Shown piece after piece: positions 39,160-52,579 of a DNA stretch of 64,000 nt; position 1 is the stretch's first letter, and the number at the start of each line of letters is the position of its first letter. The notes under the pieces were generated by a model. That model made no database searches, was not told the origin of the DNA, and was given only the letters and a program-made list of their open reading frames with translations. Source of the DNA: Octopus bimaculoides (lineage: Eukaryota); the NCBI RefSeq assembly GCF_001194135.2, contig NC_068981.1:193045293-193109292 (forward strand), in the 5' to 3' direction. The position numbers were made by a program, and so were the translations under genes.

Positions 39160-39676
39160 GTCGCCGTCATCATCATTTAATGTCTCTTTTTTCCTGCTGG
39201 CATGGGTTAGACAGTTTGACTAGAACAGATGAGCCAGCATGCTCTGCCAGGTGTTGTGTCTGCTTTGGTATGGTTTCTACAGCTGGATGCCATTTCTAAT
39301 GCCAACTGCGAACTGTGCCGGGTACTCTTCACATGGTATCAGTAATGGTGAGGGAGCCAAGTTTTCACTCTGTCGATTACAATGATTAATGTTCCAGGTG
39401 ATCGGGTCAATGGAACAACCTGCTTGTGAAATTAACGTGCAAGTGGCTGAGTACTCCACAGACACATGTACCCTTAACATGGTGATTCAGCATGACACAG
39501 AATGTGACAAAGCTGACTCTTTGAAATACAGGTACAACTCATTTTTGCCAGCTGATTGCTTTGGAGCATTGTTAAAGTAAGTGTCTGGCTCAAGGACACA
39601 ACATACTTCCAGATATTGAACTCACAACCTTATAATCATAAGCCAAATGTCCTAACCACTAAGCCATGTGCCTTCA
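39160..39676 (-). mobile_element. Family D stub (39160-39330) plus SINE C variant (39355-39676)
   Basis: cagctggatgccatttctaatgccaac, then the reverse complement of the 55160-55452 type ending aaccactaagccatgtgccttcac. Confidence 0.75.
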
Positions 39677-39924
39677 CACAAGTACCTACAGGATAAGACC
39701 CCTCAACTGAGCAGGGTATAGATTTGAGGAATAAGAAACTATGATAGAAGAAAGGGAGCAGGTGTCTTGCTGAAGAGGTGAATACATGGCTTGCTCACCT
39801 GGAAAATAGGAAAAATGAAAATAGAGAAAGAAAGAGATGTGAGGTCCAGGCACAACATAAATGTAAAACAGAATAAGATAGAAGAACGAAAAAGGAGGAT
39901 GTATAGGTAAATATATAGATATAG

Positions 39925-40002
<78 letters not shown>

Positions 40003-40524
40003 NNNNNNNNNNNNNNNNNNNNNNNNNNNNNNNNNNNNNNNNNNNNNNNNNNNNNNNNNNNNNNNNNNNNNNNNNNNNNNNNNNNNNNNNNNNNNNNNNN
40101 NNNNNNNNNNNNNNNNNNNNNNNNNNNNNNNNNNNNNNNNNNNNNNNNNNNNNNNNNNNNNNNNNNNNNNNNNNNNNNNNNNNNNNNNNNNNNNNNNNNN
40201 NNNNNNNNNNNNNNNNNNNNNNNNNNNNNNNNNNNNNNNNNNNNNNNNNNNNNNNNNNNNNNNNNNNNNNNNNNNNNNNNNNNNNNNNNNNNNNNNNNNN
40301 NNNNNNNNNNNNNNNNNNNNNNNNNNNNNNNNNNNNNNNNNNNNNNNNNNNNNNNNNNNNNNNNNNNNNNNNNNNNNNNNNNNNNNNNNNNNNNNNNNNN
40401 NNNNNNNNNNNNNNNNNNNNNNNNNNNNNNNNNNNNNNNNNNNNNNNNNNNNNNNNNNATAGTAGAAACTATGTCATCATCATCATCATAGTTTAACGTC
40501 CGATGATGATGATGACATAATTTC

Positions 40525-40832
40525 TACTATATACCGCCTGACTGGCCTTTGTAGGGTTTTCGAGTGAGATCGTTGCCAGTGCCCCTGGACTGGCTTTTGT
40601 GCGGGTGGCACATAAAAGACACCATTTCGAGCGTGGCCGTTTTCGTGCGGGTGACACGTAAAAGCACCCACTACACTCTCTGAGTGGTTGGCGTTAGGAA
40701 GGGCATCCAGCTGTAGAAACTCTGCCAAATTAGACTGGAGCCTGGTGTTGCCATCCGGTTTCACCAGTCCTCAGTCAAATCGTCCAACCCATGCTAGCAT
40801 GGAAGGCGGACGTTAAACGATGATGATGATGA
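40525..40832 (+). mobile_element. Family D copy, CpG-retaining (young)
   Basis: gagtggttggcgttaggaagggcatccagctgtagaaac...gcatggaaggcggacgttaaacgatgatg. Confidence 0.88.
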
Positions 40833-41049
40833 TATATGTGTATAAATAAATGCACACAGAGCTTACATCTAATTATATTTGTGTATTTTTAAGTAGCTTC
40901 AAAGGATTGTCTATTGAAGATGTGATACCTTTGATGCATAAGTGTTACTATTCAGGCATAAGTGAGATGATTCTAAAGAATGAAATAATTAATCAGTTGT
41001 TTTCCTTGTTATTAAATCATTGTATGTATGTAGGTTGGTGTAACACACA

Positions 41050-41088
<39 letters not shown>

Positions 41089-41169
41089 TTACTTTTTTCA
41101 GCCAGAGGGTGTGACCATGTCATTACATGCATGTATGTACACATGGATGAATGGATAGATAGATAGATG

Positions 41170-41684
41170 AATGGCTTGATGGATAGATATCAATTCTCCT
41201 TCAAAATAGTCCTCTTCTGAAGCTGCACACTGTATCCAACATTGTTTCCATTGTTGGAAGCATTCCTGGAACTCTTGTTTTGGGATAACGAGCAGCTGCC
41301 TTGTCACATTCTGTTGGATCTTCTCAGCATCTTGAAGTCTTGTTTAGGTCTTACACTGTGAAGACTGAGCCTTGACTTCAGGATCATAGCCATAGACCCA
41401 TAATTCATGATCTGTTATGACTGTTTTTAAAAAGGTTTTGTCTTCCTCAACACAGTCAAGGAGATCCTGCACAGCTGAAACTTAATCTTCTTTTTGAGAT
41501 GGCCACACTCTACACACTTTACTTCCAAGCACGTCTATAAACAATGGAAGTGAGTGAGAATGTTATAACTCAGTGTGAATGAGTGAAGGAGTTTATGGTC
41601 AAACTATACCAAGTGGCATCACTTTGCATGCTTTAGCTCTGTTCCCATAGCAACAGTCCCAGCACATTTTGTTCAGACCTCATA
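41170..41684 (-). mobile_element. Mariner deletion relic
   Basis: EFQECFQQWKQCWIQCAASEEDYFEGE (mariner C-terminus). TIR tatgaggtctgaacaaaatgtgctgggac. Confidence 0.8.
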
Positions 41685-41909
41685 GTAATTATTGTCAAAG
41701 GATATGAACTATACTTTCTACAACAACAGCACTACTATAAAGAAAATCAGTCTCAGTCAATGAATTTATACATCTCACCAAAAGAATGAACACAGGTTCA
41801 GGGTCAGTGGAATGCCAATCACTCTTTGCTCCTAATTTTTGTTACTTTCTCTCATTATCTTACCATCCATTTGTACATACAATGTCAGGTGTGCAATGCT
41901 ATTTTAGAA

Positions 41910-42456
41910 CAGGAGTCACCAAACTATGGCCCACAGGTCAGATCTGGCCCACAAAGTCAGTTCATCTGGCCTACAGCTGCACTGTACCTTTTTTTGTGTA
42001 AGTACCTGCAATGCGAGTTCATTTGCCTCTGGTATGGCATCAATGTTTGGAAGAACTTATGGTCTGTGAGCAAACATTTTTCAAAAATGAAGAATGTGAA
42101 GTCAGCACATCGAACGAAGTTGACTGATGAACATTTGGAAGCAATTCTCTTGGTTGGATGCAGCAATTCCAAAGCAAATATTGATGATATCTTAAAAGCT
42201 AAACACCTGTTTCACAAATCTCACCAACCTTTTCTGCTGCTTAGTTTGTGAGATTCAGATGTGTGCATACTGAGTGTGATATAACTATCTTATTGCTAAT
42301 GTCACCTTCTTTGATAACTTTTTGGTAAATAAATATGTTGATTGTCTTTATTTTTTGTGTGTTCACTGTACTGTATTGAAGAAAATGGTTATGCAGCCCA
42401 TGCTCATCATTCTCTCAGTTATCTGGCCTGCAAGGATAAAAGTTTGGTGACCCCTG
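41910..42456 (+). mobile_element. Non-autonomous hAT (SPIN/Charlie-like), 547 bp, perfect 8-bp TSD
   Basis: TIRs caggagtcaccaaact and agtttggtgacccctg. TSD ttttagaa at 41902-41909 and 42457-42464. Peptide FSKMKNVKSAHRTKLTDEHLEAIL...HKSH (hAT dimerisation domain end). Confidence 0.93.
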
Positions 42457-43058
42457 TTTTAGAATTAACTGTCAAAGTATTTCATAGCAGGAGACAGAAA
42501 AATTGTGATCTCTGATTATATTTTTGAGTGACTTAATATTTATGATGAATTCACTATGTTTGATGGGTGTGCAGTGCTTACCTAGGACACCTATGAATAT
42601 ATGTGTACTTGTGGGTGATAGCATATATGATTTGACTAAAATTGTCTTTTTGACTTTGTTATTAGTATCATCAATCTAAGGAAGCAGGAATTTTTGGCAA
42701 TAACAAAATACCTGTGAGTCACTGAGAGAAGATGCTTAAGGTCAGCAGTTCAACAGAATTATGCAAGTTTTTGAATGGATTCTTAATGCACAAGCTGTAT
42801 TCCCCCCATCCTCTCTCATTGTTGCTCTTTTCTTCTAACCTCCTTCTTGGTTTGTTTTTCATTTTCCAATTCACATTTGAATGTCACTATCTGTCCATCA
42901 CATTCTATTTCAGTCTTTTACTCCTTCCCTTTCTCTGTCCATCTCCTCTGTCCCTGTATGTATGGATATATCATGTGCGTGTGTGGAATATATATGTATA
43001 CACAGACATATATATGAAGGGAGGAGAATATATACATACACATACACATGGACACATG

Positions 43059-43095
<37 letters not shown>

Positions 43096-44077
43096 CTATC
43101 TATCTGTCTGTCTGTCTGTCTATATTTTATATAGTCATTGGTTATGGCTGGTTGAAAAGTTTTTATTTGTTTCATGCCCATTATTGCATTTAACAATATA
43201 GGCGGCACAACAGAAAAACCCTGAAGCTCTAACTAAATAATCACATGTCCTTTTAAAGGATCCTGGAAATGCTCAACGTTATGTCAAAAAAAGCATCCCT
43301 TGCTTTTTATGTTGGTAGGGTGTGATTTGATGTATGAAGTATAATTCAACCTTTTCACACACACACACTCACACATGCACACACATTCACACACACACAC
43401 ACACACTCTCACACACACCCAAACACACACTCACACATGCCAATTATGAGGCTAATTATATGTAAAATTATAAGATTTTTCTGTTGTCAAAGACCCATTT
43501 ATAAACTGTACAAAGTAAAACTCTGTTGAGGGAGACAGACAGTCACTGCATCATATTTACTTGATATTAAAAAATCCTCACGCCGTTTTATAAGACTTTA
43601 CAAAATGTTGGTTGCACAAAAGATGCCAGTAATAGAAACTTAAAAAAACAAAAACCCAGAAAGACAAGATATTTGAAGAAAAAAACATCAAATTATTGAA
43701 GCTGAATTTTCTAATATTGTTTTCCTCTTTGACTGAGTTATGTAAAATTTAAGATACAAGAAAAGATAACTGAATGTTTGCTGTTCTCTTGTAATAAACA
43801 GCATTTTAGTAATTTCATTTTAATAGTTTGTTTTAGTCAAAAATTTAGTTGTGGAGCCAATGCAAACATAGCAGTTGTTTGGATATACTTCTCACTTTCT
43901 CTCACTGGGTATATATATATATATCATCATCATCGTCGTCGTTTAACGTCGACTTTCTATGCTGGCATGGGTTGGATGGTTTGACTGAAAGCTGGTAAGC
44001 CAGATGGCTGCACCAGGCTCCAATCTGATCTGGCAATGTTTCTACAGCTGGATGCCATTCCTAACACCAATTACTCA

Positions 44078-45052
<975 letters not shown>

Positions 45053-45820
45053 CACACATTCACACATATCTATCTATCTACATACACACGCACACAGACA
45101 TATGTGTGTGTGTTTGTGTGTATGTATGTATATCTGTGTATTTATGCATGTGCATTTGCTTGTATACATGATATGTAGCATATCTAACGTCATATTTAAG
45201 ATTTTCTTCTTAGCTCTTTAATCATCAGCATTCCAGTAAGATGATGATTAAAAGGTTTAAACCTCTGAGAAGGATTGGTGGATTTGTCAAAAAGGATGGA
45301 TTTCAAAGAAAATCACAAAAGCAAGCATAATGGGGAATATATAATAAGAAATACTGAAACAAACCGTAAACAAATGAGTCAAAACAGTTTATTAGACGAA
45401 TACGAACTGTTGAACAGGTGTGGTGCTTCACCTGAAATATATATTGTGATGTCTCAAATGAGAATTCCACAATTATGTACCAGGTTTCATCTCATGTTAC
45501 ATGTCAAAGTCATATGTTTTCTTGTGTTGTCTTATCAAAAATGTGTTGCTCACATTTAACAACAGCTTTGACTCATTATTGCGTCGTTTGCACCAATATA
45601 AATTGTTTTACAGTATAGCATGGATTAGGATGGGATAGGGTAAATGAATACACAGTGTGTGTGTATGTATGTATGTATGTGTTCATGTATGTATGTATGT
45701 ATGTATGTATGTATGTATATATATATATATATATTTGTTAGCATTTGTTTTATGTTATAATCAAAACAATTTTACATTAAACTGAAATATTACTCAATAC
45801 TTTTAGTAGAGTACAATTTT

Positions 45821-45938
45821 ATTATTCTTTAACAACAATAGTATTGACAGTGACTTTGAAGTTTTGGTCAGTTAAGCTATAAGCAGTCTGTCTGAAACTT
45901 CGAAGTCACTGTCAGTACTATTTTCATTAAAGAGTAAT
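45821..45938. repeat. Foldback hairpin: core 28-bp stem 45837-45864 / 45895-45922, 30-nt loop
   Basis: 26/28 Watson-Crick pairs plus two U-G pairs on the + strand. Imperfect pairing extends to 45821/45938. Confidence 0.92.
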
Positions 45939-46029
45939 AAATATATATATCAGTTTCTACTAACTAATGGAATACACATTTATTATCTCACTTCACTTTT
46001 CTTATCTGATCAAGTTATACACATCCCCT

Positions 46030-47830
46030 CATCATCATCATTTAATGTCCAGTTTCAGTGCTGGCATGGCTTGACTGGAACTTGTAAGCCTGAGAGCTGC
46101 ATCATGTTATGGTCTGAATTTGGCCTGGTTTCTATGGCTGGATGCCCTTCCTAATGCCAACCACTCTGAGAGTGTAGTGGGTGCTTTTTGCGCGTCACCA
46201 GCATGGGTGCCTTTATATGTCACAGGCACTGGTGCTTTTACATATCACTGGCACAAATGCTTTTACGTGTCTCTGGCATGGAAGCTGCCACCAGCCACAA
46301 CAACAATTTCACTTGGCTTGGTGGGTCTTCTCAAGCACAGCAAATCGTCAAAGGTCACAATCACTTATCATCACCTCTGTGAGATACCACATTTGAAGAT
46401 TATGTTTTACCACCTTATCCCATGTTGTCCTGGGTTTACCGCTTCCACAGGTCCCTTCCTCAGTTAAAGATCAGCACTTCTTTACACATCTGTCCTTATC
46501 CATACCCATCATGTGACCATACCAGCACAGTTGTCTCTCCTGCACACCATATCTGATGCCTCTTATGCCCAATTTTTCTCTCAATATGTTAACACTCAGT
46601 CATACACATACAATGACATTGCACATCCAGCGGAGCATACCAAATTCATTTCCTTCACATGTCCTCTGCTGTCACAGCCCATGTTTCACTGCCATGTAGC
46701 ATGACTGTTCACACACAGGCAGCATACAATCTGCTTTTCACTCTGAGAGAGAGGCCCTTTGCTGCCAACAAAGGTAGAAGCTCTCTGAACTTTGCCAAGC
46801 CTATTCTTATTCTAGTAGCTACACTCTCAGAACAGCCACCTCCACTGCTGACCTGGTCACCTGGATAACAAAAGCTACCAACTACTTCTAAGTATCTTTG
46901 CTGGCATTTGATGAAGTCTATTTTCTGTACAGTTCTAGTGTTTATTGTACCTGTACATCTGCCACACACAAAGACTACTTTCCCTGTTAACCTTCCTCTG
47001 ATATTGTTGTGCCTCTTATGTGTCCATAGCTTGCACCAGTTACACCTTATGGACTTTCTATCTATGCCTTTTCTACATATCAAACAGGGCCATCTACCTG
47101 AAGGAATTGGTGATTTGTCAGCTTTCCTACTTGCTAAGACTTATGTTTTTGCTAAGTTAACTCTGAGGCCTCTTGATTCCAGACCTTGCTTCCACTCTTG
47201 AAATTTTTTCTCCAGTTCTGGTAGCAATTTAGCTATAAGAATAAGGTCATCAGTATAGAGGAGCTCTTAGGAGCAGCCTAACTTAAATTCTTCTGTTATT
47301 GCTTAGAGGACTATGATGAAAAAGTGGGGGCTGAGGACTGATACTTGGTAGACTCCTATTTATACACTGAATTCATTGCTATACTTGTTGCCAACCCTCA
47401 CCTTACTGATAGCGTCCCTGTACATGGCTTGTACAGCTCTCACCAGCCATTCTTTTATCCTAGTTTCTGCAATGACCACCAGATAAGGGAGTGGAGAACC
47501 CTGTTGAAGGCTTTCTCCATGTCAACAAAAGCCAAGTATAAAGGTTTATCTTTGGCTAGGTATTTCTCCTGCAGCTGCCTTACCAGAAATATAGCATCAA
47601 TCATGCTTCTCCCTGGCACAAAACCAAACTGCATCTCATCTAGATTAACTCTCTTCCTAATTAGTTGGGCCATGACCCTCTCCGTCAAACGTGTCACCTT
47701 TGCCTTTGTAGCAGTTGACAATGGTGTTGCTACACCAGTCATTGGGTATGACAACCTTGAGTACAACCTGATTGACTATATGAGTGATGAGACCATAACC
47801 CACACCACCAGATTTTTTAAGCATCTCAGT
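46030..47830 (-). mobile_element. 5'-truncated RTE LINE: RT domain, thumb and 3' UTR with (GAT)n tail
   Basis: ORF pieces DEMQFGFVPGRSMIDAIFLVRQLQEKY...AFVDMEKAF, GLRVNLAKT, SFCYPGD and RIRIGLAKFRELLPLL. The 3' end is the same sequence as the family D repeat. Confidence 0.92.
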
Positions 47831-47944
47831 AGTGCTTAAAAAGTACAGCTCTCCATTGTAATTCCTGGACTTTTGGAGTGATGTTTACGCTTTATCCTAA
47901 CCTTAACCATGCATACATATATATATATGCATATATATATGTGT

Positions 47945-48268
47945 GTCTTCTACTATAGCCTCGGGCTGACCAATGCCTTGTGAGTGGATTTGGTAGACGG
48001 AAACTGAAAGAAGCCCGTTGTATATGTGTATATATATGTGTATGTGTGTGTGTGTTTGTATGTCTGTGTTTGTCCCCCCAACATCGCTTGACAACCGATG
48101 CTGGTGTGTTTATGTCCCTGTAACTTAGTGGTTCGGCAAAAGAGACCGATAGAATAAGTACTAGGCTTCCAAAGAATAAATCCTGGGGTCGATTTCTTTG
48201 ACTAAAGGCGGTGCTCCAGCATGGCCGCAGTCAAAAGACTGAAACAAGTAATAGAGTAAAAGAGTAAA

Positions 48269-48334
<66 letters not shown>

Positions 48335-48537
48335 GCATTTGTGTCTGTGTTTGTCCCCACCACCATTGTTTGACAACCAATGTTGCTGTGTTTACATCTT
48401 TGTAACTTAGTGGTTTGGCAAAAGAGCCTGATAGAATCAGTACTAGGCTTACAAAGAATATGTCCTGGGGTCGATTTGTTCAACTAAAAGTGGTGCGCCA
48501 GCATGGGTGCAGTCAAATGACTGAAACAAGTAAAAAA
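47945..48537 (+). mobile_element. Two tandem SINE A bodies (47945-48268, 48330-48537) separated by (TA)n
   Basis: Both contain gcttgacaaccgatgctgg...ctggggtcgattt...gactgaaacaagta. Confidence 0.85.
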
Positions 48538-48723
48538 AATAAATAATTGAAGAATATATATCCTCATCATTATATAACGTCCGCCTTATTTCCAACATAC
48601 ATTTTCTCAGTAACTAACTTGGCTTCCTTGTGATTTTACGAAAAGCGGGCTAACAGTGACTCAGGTTTTTGGTCTGTTAACCTTTGTCTAACAAAGGTCA
48701 GCATGCCAAAACTTTGAAGACTC

Positions 48724-50090
48724 TGTCATCATCATCATTTAACATCCATTGTCCATGCTGGCATGGGTTGGACGGTTTGACCAGGGCTGGCAAGCTGGAA
48801 GGCTGCACCAGACTCCAATCTGATTTGGCATGGTTTCTATGGCTGGATGCCCTTCCTAACACCAACCATTCCGAGAGTGTAATGGGTGCTTTAACATGCC
48901 ATTGGCATGAGTGCCATTTGCATGACACTGGTAAATGTATAATAAATATGTACTCTACAAAAAGTAATAAATAATAAAAACAAACATTAATATATATATC
49001 ATCATTAAGGTGGTGAACTGGCAGAATCACTACCATGCTTGGCAAAATGCTTGGTAGAATTTTGTCTGTGTTTATGTTCTGAGTTCAAATTCTGCCAAGG
49101 TTGATTTTGTCTTTCATCCTTTTGGGGTCGATGAAATATGTACCGGTTGAGTACTGGAGCTGATGTAATTGACAAACCCCCTCCCCTGAAATCACTGGCC
49201 CAAATTTGAAACCAATATATATAGCATCATTAAACATCTGTGTTTATGCTGGCATAGGTTGGATAGTTTGACAGGATCTGACAAGTCCAAGGACTGCATC
49301 ATACGCTAATGTCTGCTTTGACATGGTTTCTGTGATTGGCTGCCCATCCTAAGGCCAACCATTTTACAGTGTGCAGTGGGTGTTTTTTTGTGTGCCATGG
49401 ACACTATTGAGGTTGTTATGTAGCTTGCAAGTCTACAAAACTAATGTTAGATGCGAGTTAAGGTATGATAAAAAATGTTGGGGTAGAGCAGGTTCTTGTA
49501 GAGGAGCTACTTGCCTACTCACATGTCTTTTATCTTCTCTTTAGTCAAATGAATCATGTGACCTAATAAAAATAACAACCAAATCTCCATTAAACCACAC
49601 CATGCTGTCTCAAAAATAAAGCTCCTTTGAACAATGTGGCCTTGCGTATAAACGAGATGGTCATGGCTGGAATGATCTGTGTACCTATATAACTTTAAAG
49701 GAAAGCCTTACATTATCTTTTAACTTTTACTTGTTTCAGTCATTAGACTGTGGCCATACTGGGGCATTAGCTTGAAGAATTTTAGCGGAACAAATCAACC
49801 CCAGTACTTATTATTTTTAAGTCTGGTACTTATGCTATTGGCCTCTTTTGACAAGTTATGGGGATGTAAACAAACCAACACTGATTGTTGAGGGGTAGTG
49901 GGGAGAGACAAAAAGACACACATGCATCTGATGGGCTTCTTTTAGTTTCTGTGTACCAAATCCACTCAAGTTTTTAGTCTGCCTGAAGCTAAAGTAGATG
50001 ACACTTGCCCAAGGTGGCACACAATGGAAATGAATCAGAAAACATGTGGCTGGGAAGCAAACTTCTTACCACATGGCCATACCTGTACCT
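48724..50090. mobile_element. SINE cluster: D(-) 48724-48935, B(+) 49005-49215, D(-) 49225-49420, F 49570-49690, A(-) 49725-50090
   Basis: Each piece matches the in-window copies listed above. Confidence 0.75.
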
Positions 50091-50810
50091 ACATTACAAT
50101 GTTATATCATTGCTCCGAATCTGACATAAATCTCTGTCACATTCCAATACATAGAACATAGGTATACTCAGTCAAGGTTCATTTGGGATGAAACAACAAC
50201 TGCAACAGCAACAAGAACAGCATATGAACTGAATTGTTGATGCCTCAAATATTGTGAGTGAAGTTGTGTCTTATGCAGAGATTCTAAACCTTCAATGGTA
50301 CATTGGAGTACCTTCACGGAGAGGCACAGTTCAATTGTACAAAAGGCCAACAAGTGAACACCATTATATAACAATGTTCTGTGGACATTTACCAATAGAT
50401 ATAAAGAAAATAATGAGAAACCTCTTTGTTGAATTTACAGTAAATAAAATGAAGTCTACAGAGAGTTTCCCAAAGAATCAAATTGGTTAGAGGTTCTTTA
50501 GCTTGTTTTAGCCCATAAGTGTAAGGTCATGCTGGAGTATTACCTTTAATGTTGGTGGTTGCTAAACAAAGTGAGTTGTTTAAATATATAGAAAATGATA
50601 AAGGGTAAAGAAAAATTTAGGAATAAAGGAGATTGGAAAAGAGAGAAAGAAAAAACCTAATAAAAGGTTAGAAGAGTGTGAGAGAGACAAAAAGGGGATA
50701 AATGGAGAAAGTAAGATAGGCATACAAAATATACAAATATATACATACGATGAAGTGTGTGTATATGTATGTATTTATGTATGTATTTATGATAATGCTG
50801 ATGATGATGA

Positions 50811-50851
<41 letters not shown>

Positions 50852-51118
50852 NNNNNNNNNNNNNNNNNNNNNNNNNNNNNNNNNNNNNNNNNNNNNNNNN
50901 NNNNNNNNNNNNNNNNNNNNNNNNNNNNNNNNNNNNNNNNNNNNAGGGAACAACAAGCAGATGCATTAGTTTACCGCTCAGAGAAAATAGAAAAGTCTTT
51001 GACGTTTTGAGTCTACACTCTTTGACAGAAAGGGATGAGAAGAAAAAGAATGGAGAGAGAGAAAAAAAATGTGTTGGGATGAATGGTTCCCCATGTTGAG
51101 ATGACCGGAAGAAAGAGG

Positions 51119-51171
<53 letters not shown>

Positions 51172-51446
51172 GTATATATATTGTCAATGTATCATATATT
51201 TGAAAAAGAAGACACTCAAAAGCATAAAACACTAATCTATTTATAAGTAGTTAAGTTTATGTTTGGTCATGCATGTATATATGTATGTATGAACGTATGC
51301 ATGTATGAACATATGTCTGTATGTATGTATGTATGTATGTATGTATGTATGTATGTATGCATGCATGTATGTATGTATGTATGTATGCATGTATGTATGT
51401 TTGTATGTATGTATGTATGTATATATATACTCACACACACATACAC

Positions 51447-51609
51447 AGTTGCAAGTGTAGCTGTGTGGTACGAAGCTTGCTTCCCAACTACATGGTTCTG
51501 AGTTCAGCCCCACTGTGTGGCACTTTGGGTAAGTGTCCTCTATTATAAACTTGGGCTAATTAAAGCCCTGTGAGTGGATTTGGTAGATGGAAACTGAAAG
51601 AGGTGCGTC

Positions 51610-51654
<45 letters not shown>

Positions 51655-51950
51655 CCGCCCATGGTAGCATGGAAGGCGGACATTAGATAATGATGACATA
51701 TATGTATATATGTATATTTATGTTTGTGTGGCTTTGTGTCTTTGTTTGTTCCCCCACAATCACTTGACAACTGATGTTGGTGTGTTTATGTCACTGTAAC
51801 TTAGCATCTCAGCAAAAGAGACCAATAGAATAAGAATTACGTTTACAAAGAATAAGTCCAGGGGTTGATTTCTTCAACTAAAACCCTTTAAGGCAGTGCT
51901 CCAGCATGGCCGCAGTCAAATGACTGAACGTTTAAAAGAATAAAAGAATA
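51447..51950 (+). mobile_element. SINE family A with a nested D-type stub at about 51653-51700
   Basis: Head gtagctgtgtggtacgaagcttgcttcccaac; tail ccagcatggccgcagtcaaatgactgaacg. Confidence 0.85.
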
Positions 51951-51964
51951 TGGATGTATGTATG

Positions 51965-52579
51965 TTATCAATCAGTTTCATTTCTGTATTTCTTGTCCAT
52001 AGAGAAAGAGCCGGACTCTAACATAGATTCAAGGCTCCTTCATTGGAACGTTTATCAACATCATCTAGGTATTTGTGCATATGTGTGTGTGTGCAGTATT
52101 TGGTGTTAGTGTATGCGCAGATTTGTATGTTTGTTTTATGGATGCGTTTTTATGTCTAGATGCATGCATATGTATTTATGTGCTAAATTTTTGGAAAGTT
52201 TTACATATCTTTACAGTTCCATTGATGGCTTGAATCTGTAGTCTTCTAATCAGCCTTTTTCTTTCAGGTTTTGAGAACCNNNNNNNNNNAGCCGGACTCT
52301 AACATAGATTCAAGGCTCCTTCATTGGAACGTTTATCAACATCATCTAGGTATTTGTGCATATGTGTGTGTGTGCAGTATTTGGTGTTAGTGTATGCGCA
52401 GATTTGTATGTTTGTTTTATGGATGCGTTTTTATGTCTAGATGCATGCATATGTATTTATGTGCTAAATTTTTGGAAAGTTTTACATATCTTTACAGTTC
52501 CATTGATGGCTTGAATCTGTAGTCTTCTAATCAGCCTTTTTCTTTCAGGTTTTGAGAACCCTAATTTTTCCAGGTTTTT
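51965..52579 (-). mobile_element. 5'-truncated RLE LINE 3' end docked in (ACAT)n (contains a 270-bp assembly duplication)
   Basis: ORF NLEKLGFSKPERKRLIRRLQIQAINGTVKICKTFQKF resembles an RLE C-terminus. (TATG)n at 52580-52621 and a short tatgtatg at about 51955-51965. Confidence 0.65.

Noticed and set aside
45275-45559. 94-aa ORF in non-repeat sequence (also 50254-50490, 26266-26496, 59761-60156)
   Set aside because: No domain recognised, non-ATG or weak starts, and lengths expected by chance in 64 kb.
52010-52560. Exact 270-bp tandem duplication
   Set aside because: The copies are separated only by a 10-N gap, so this is an assembly artefact. The same applies to 24905-25020.
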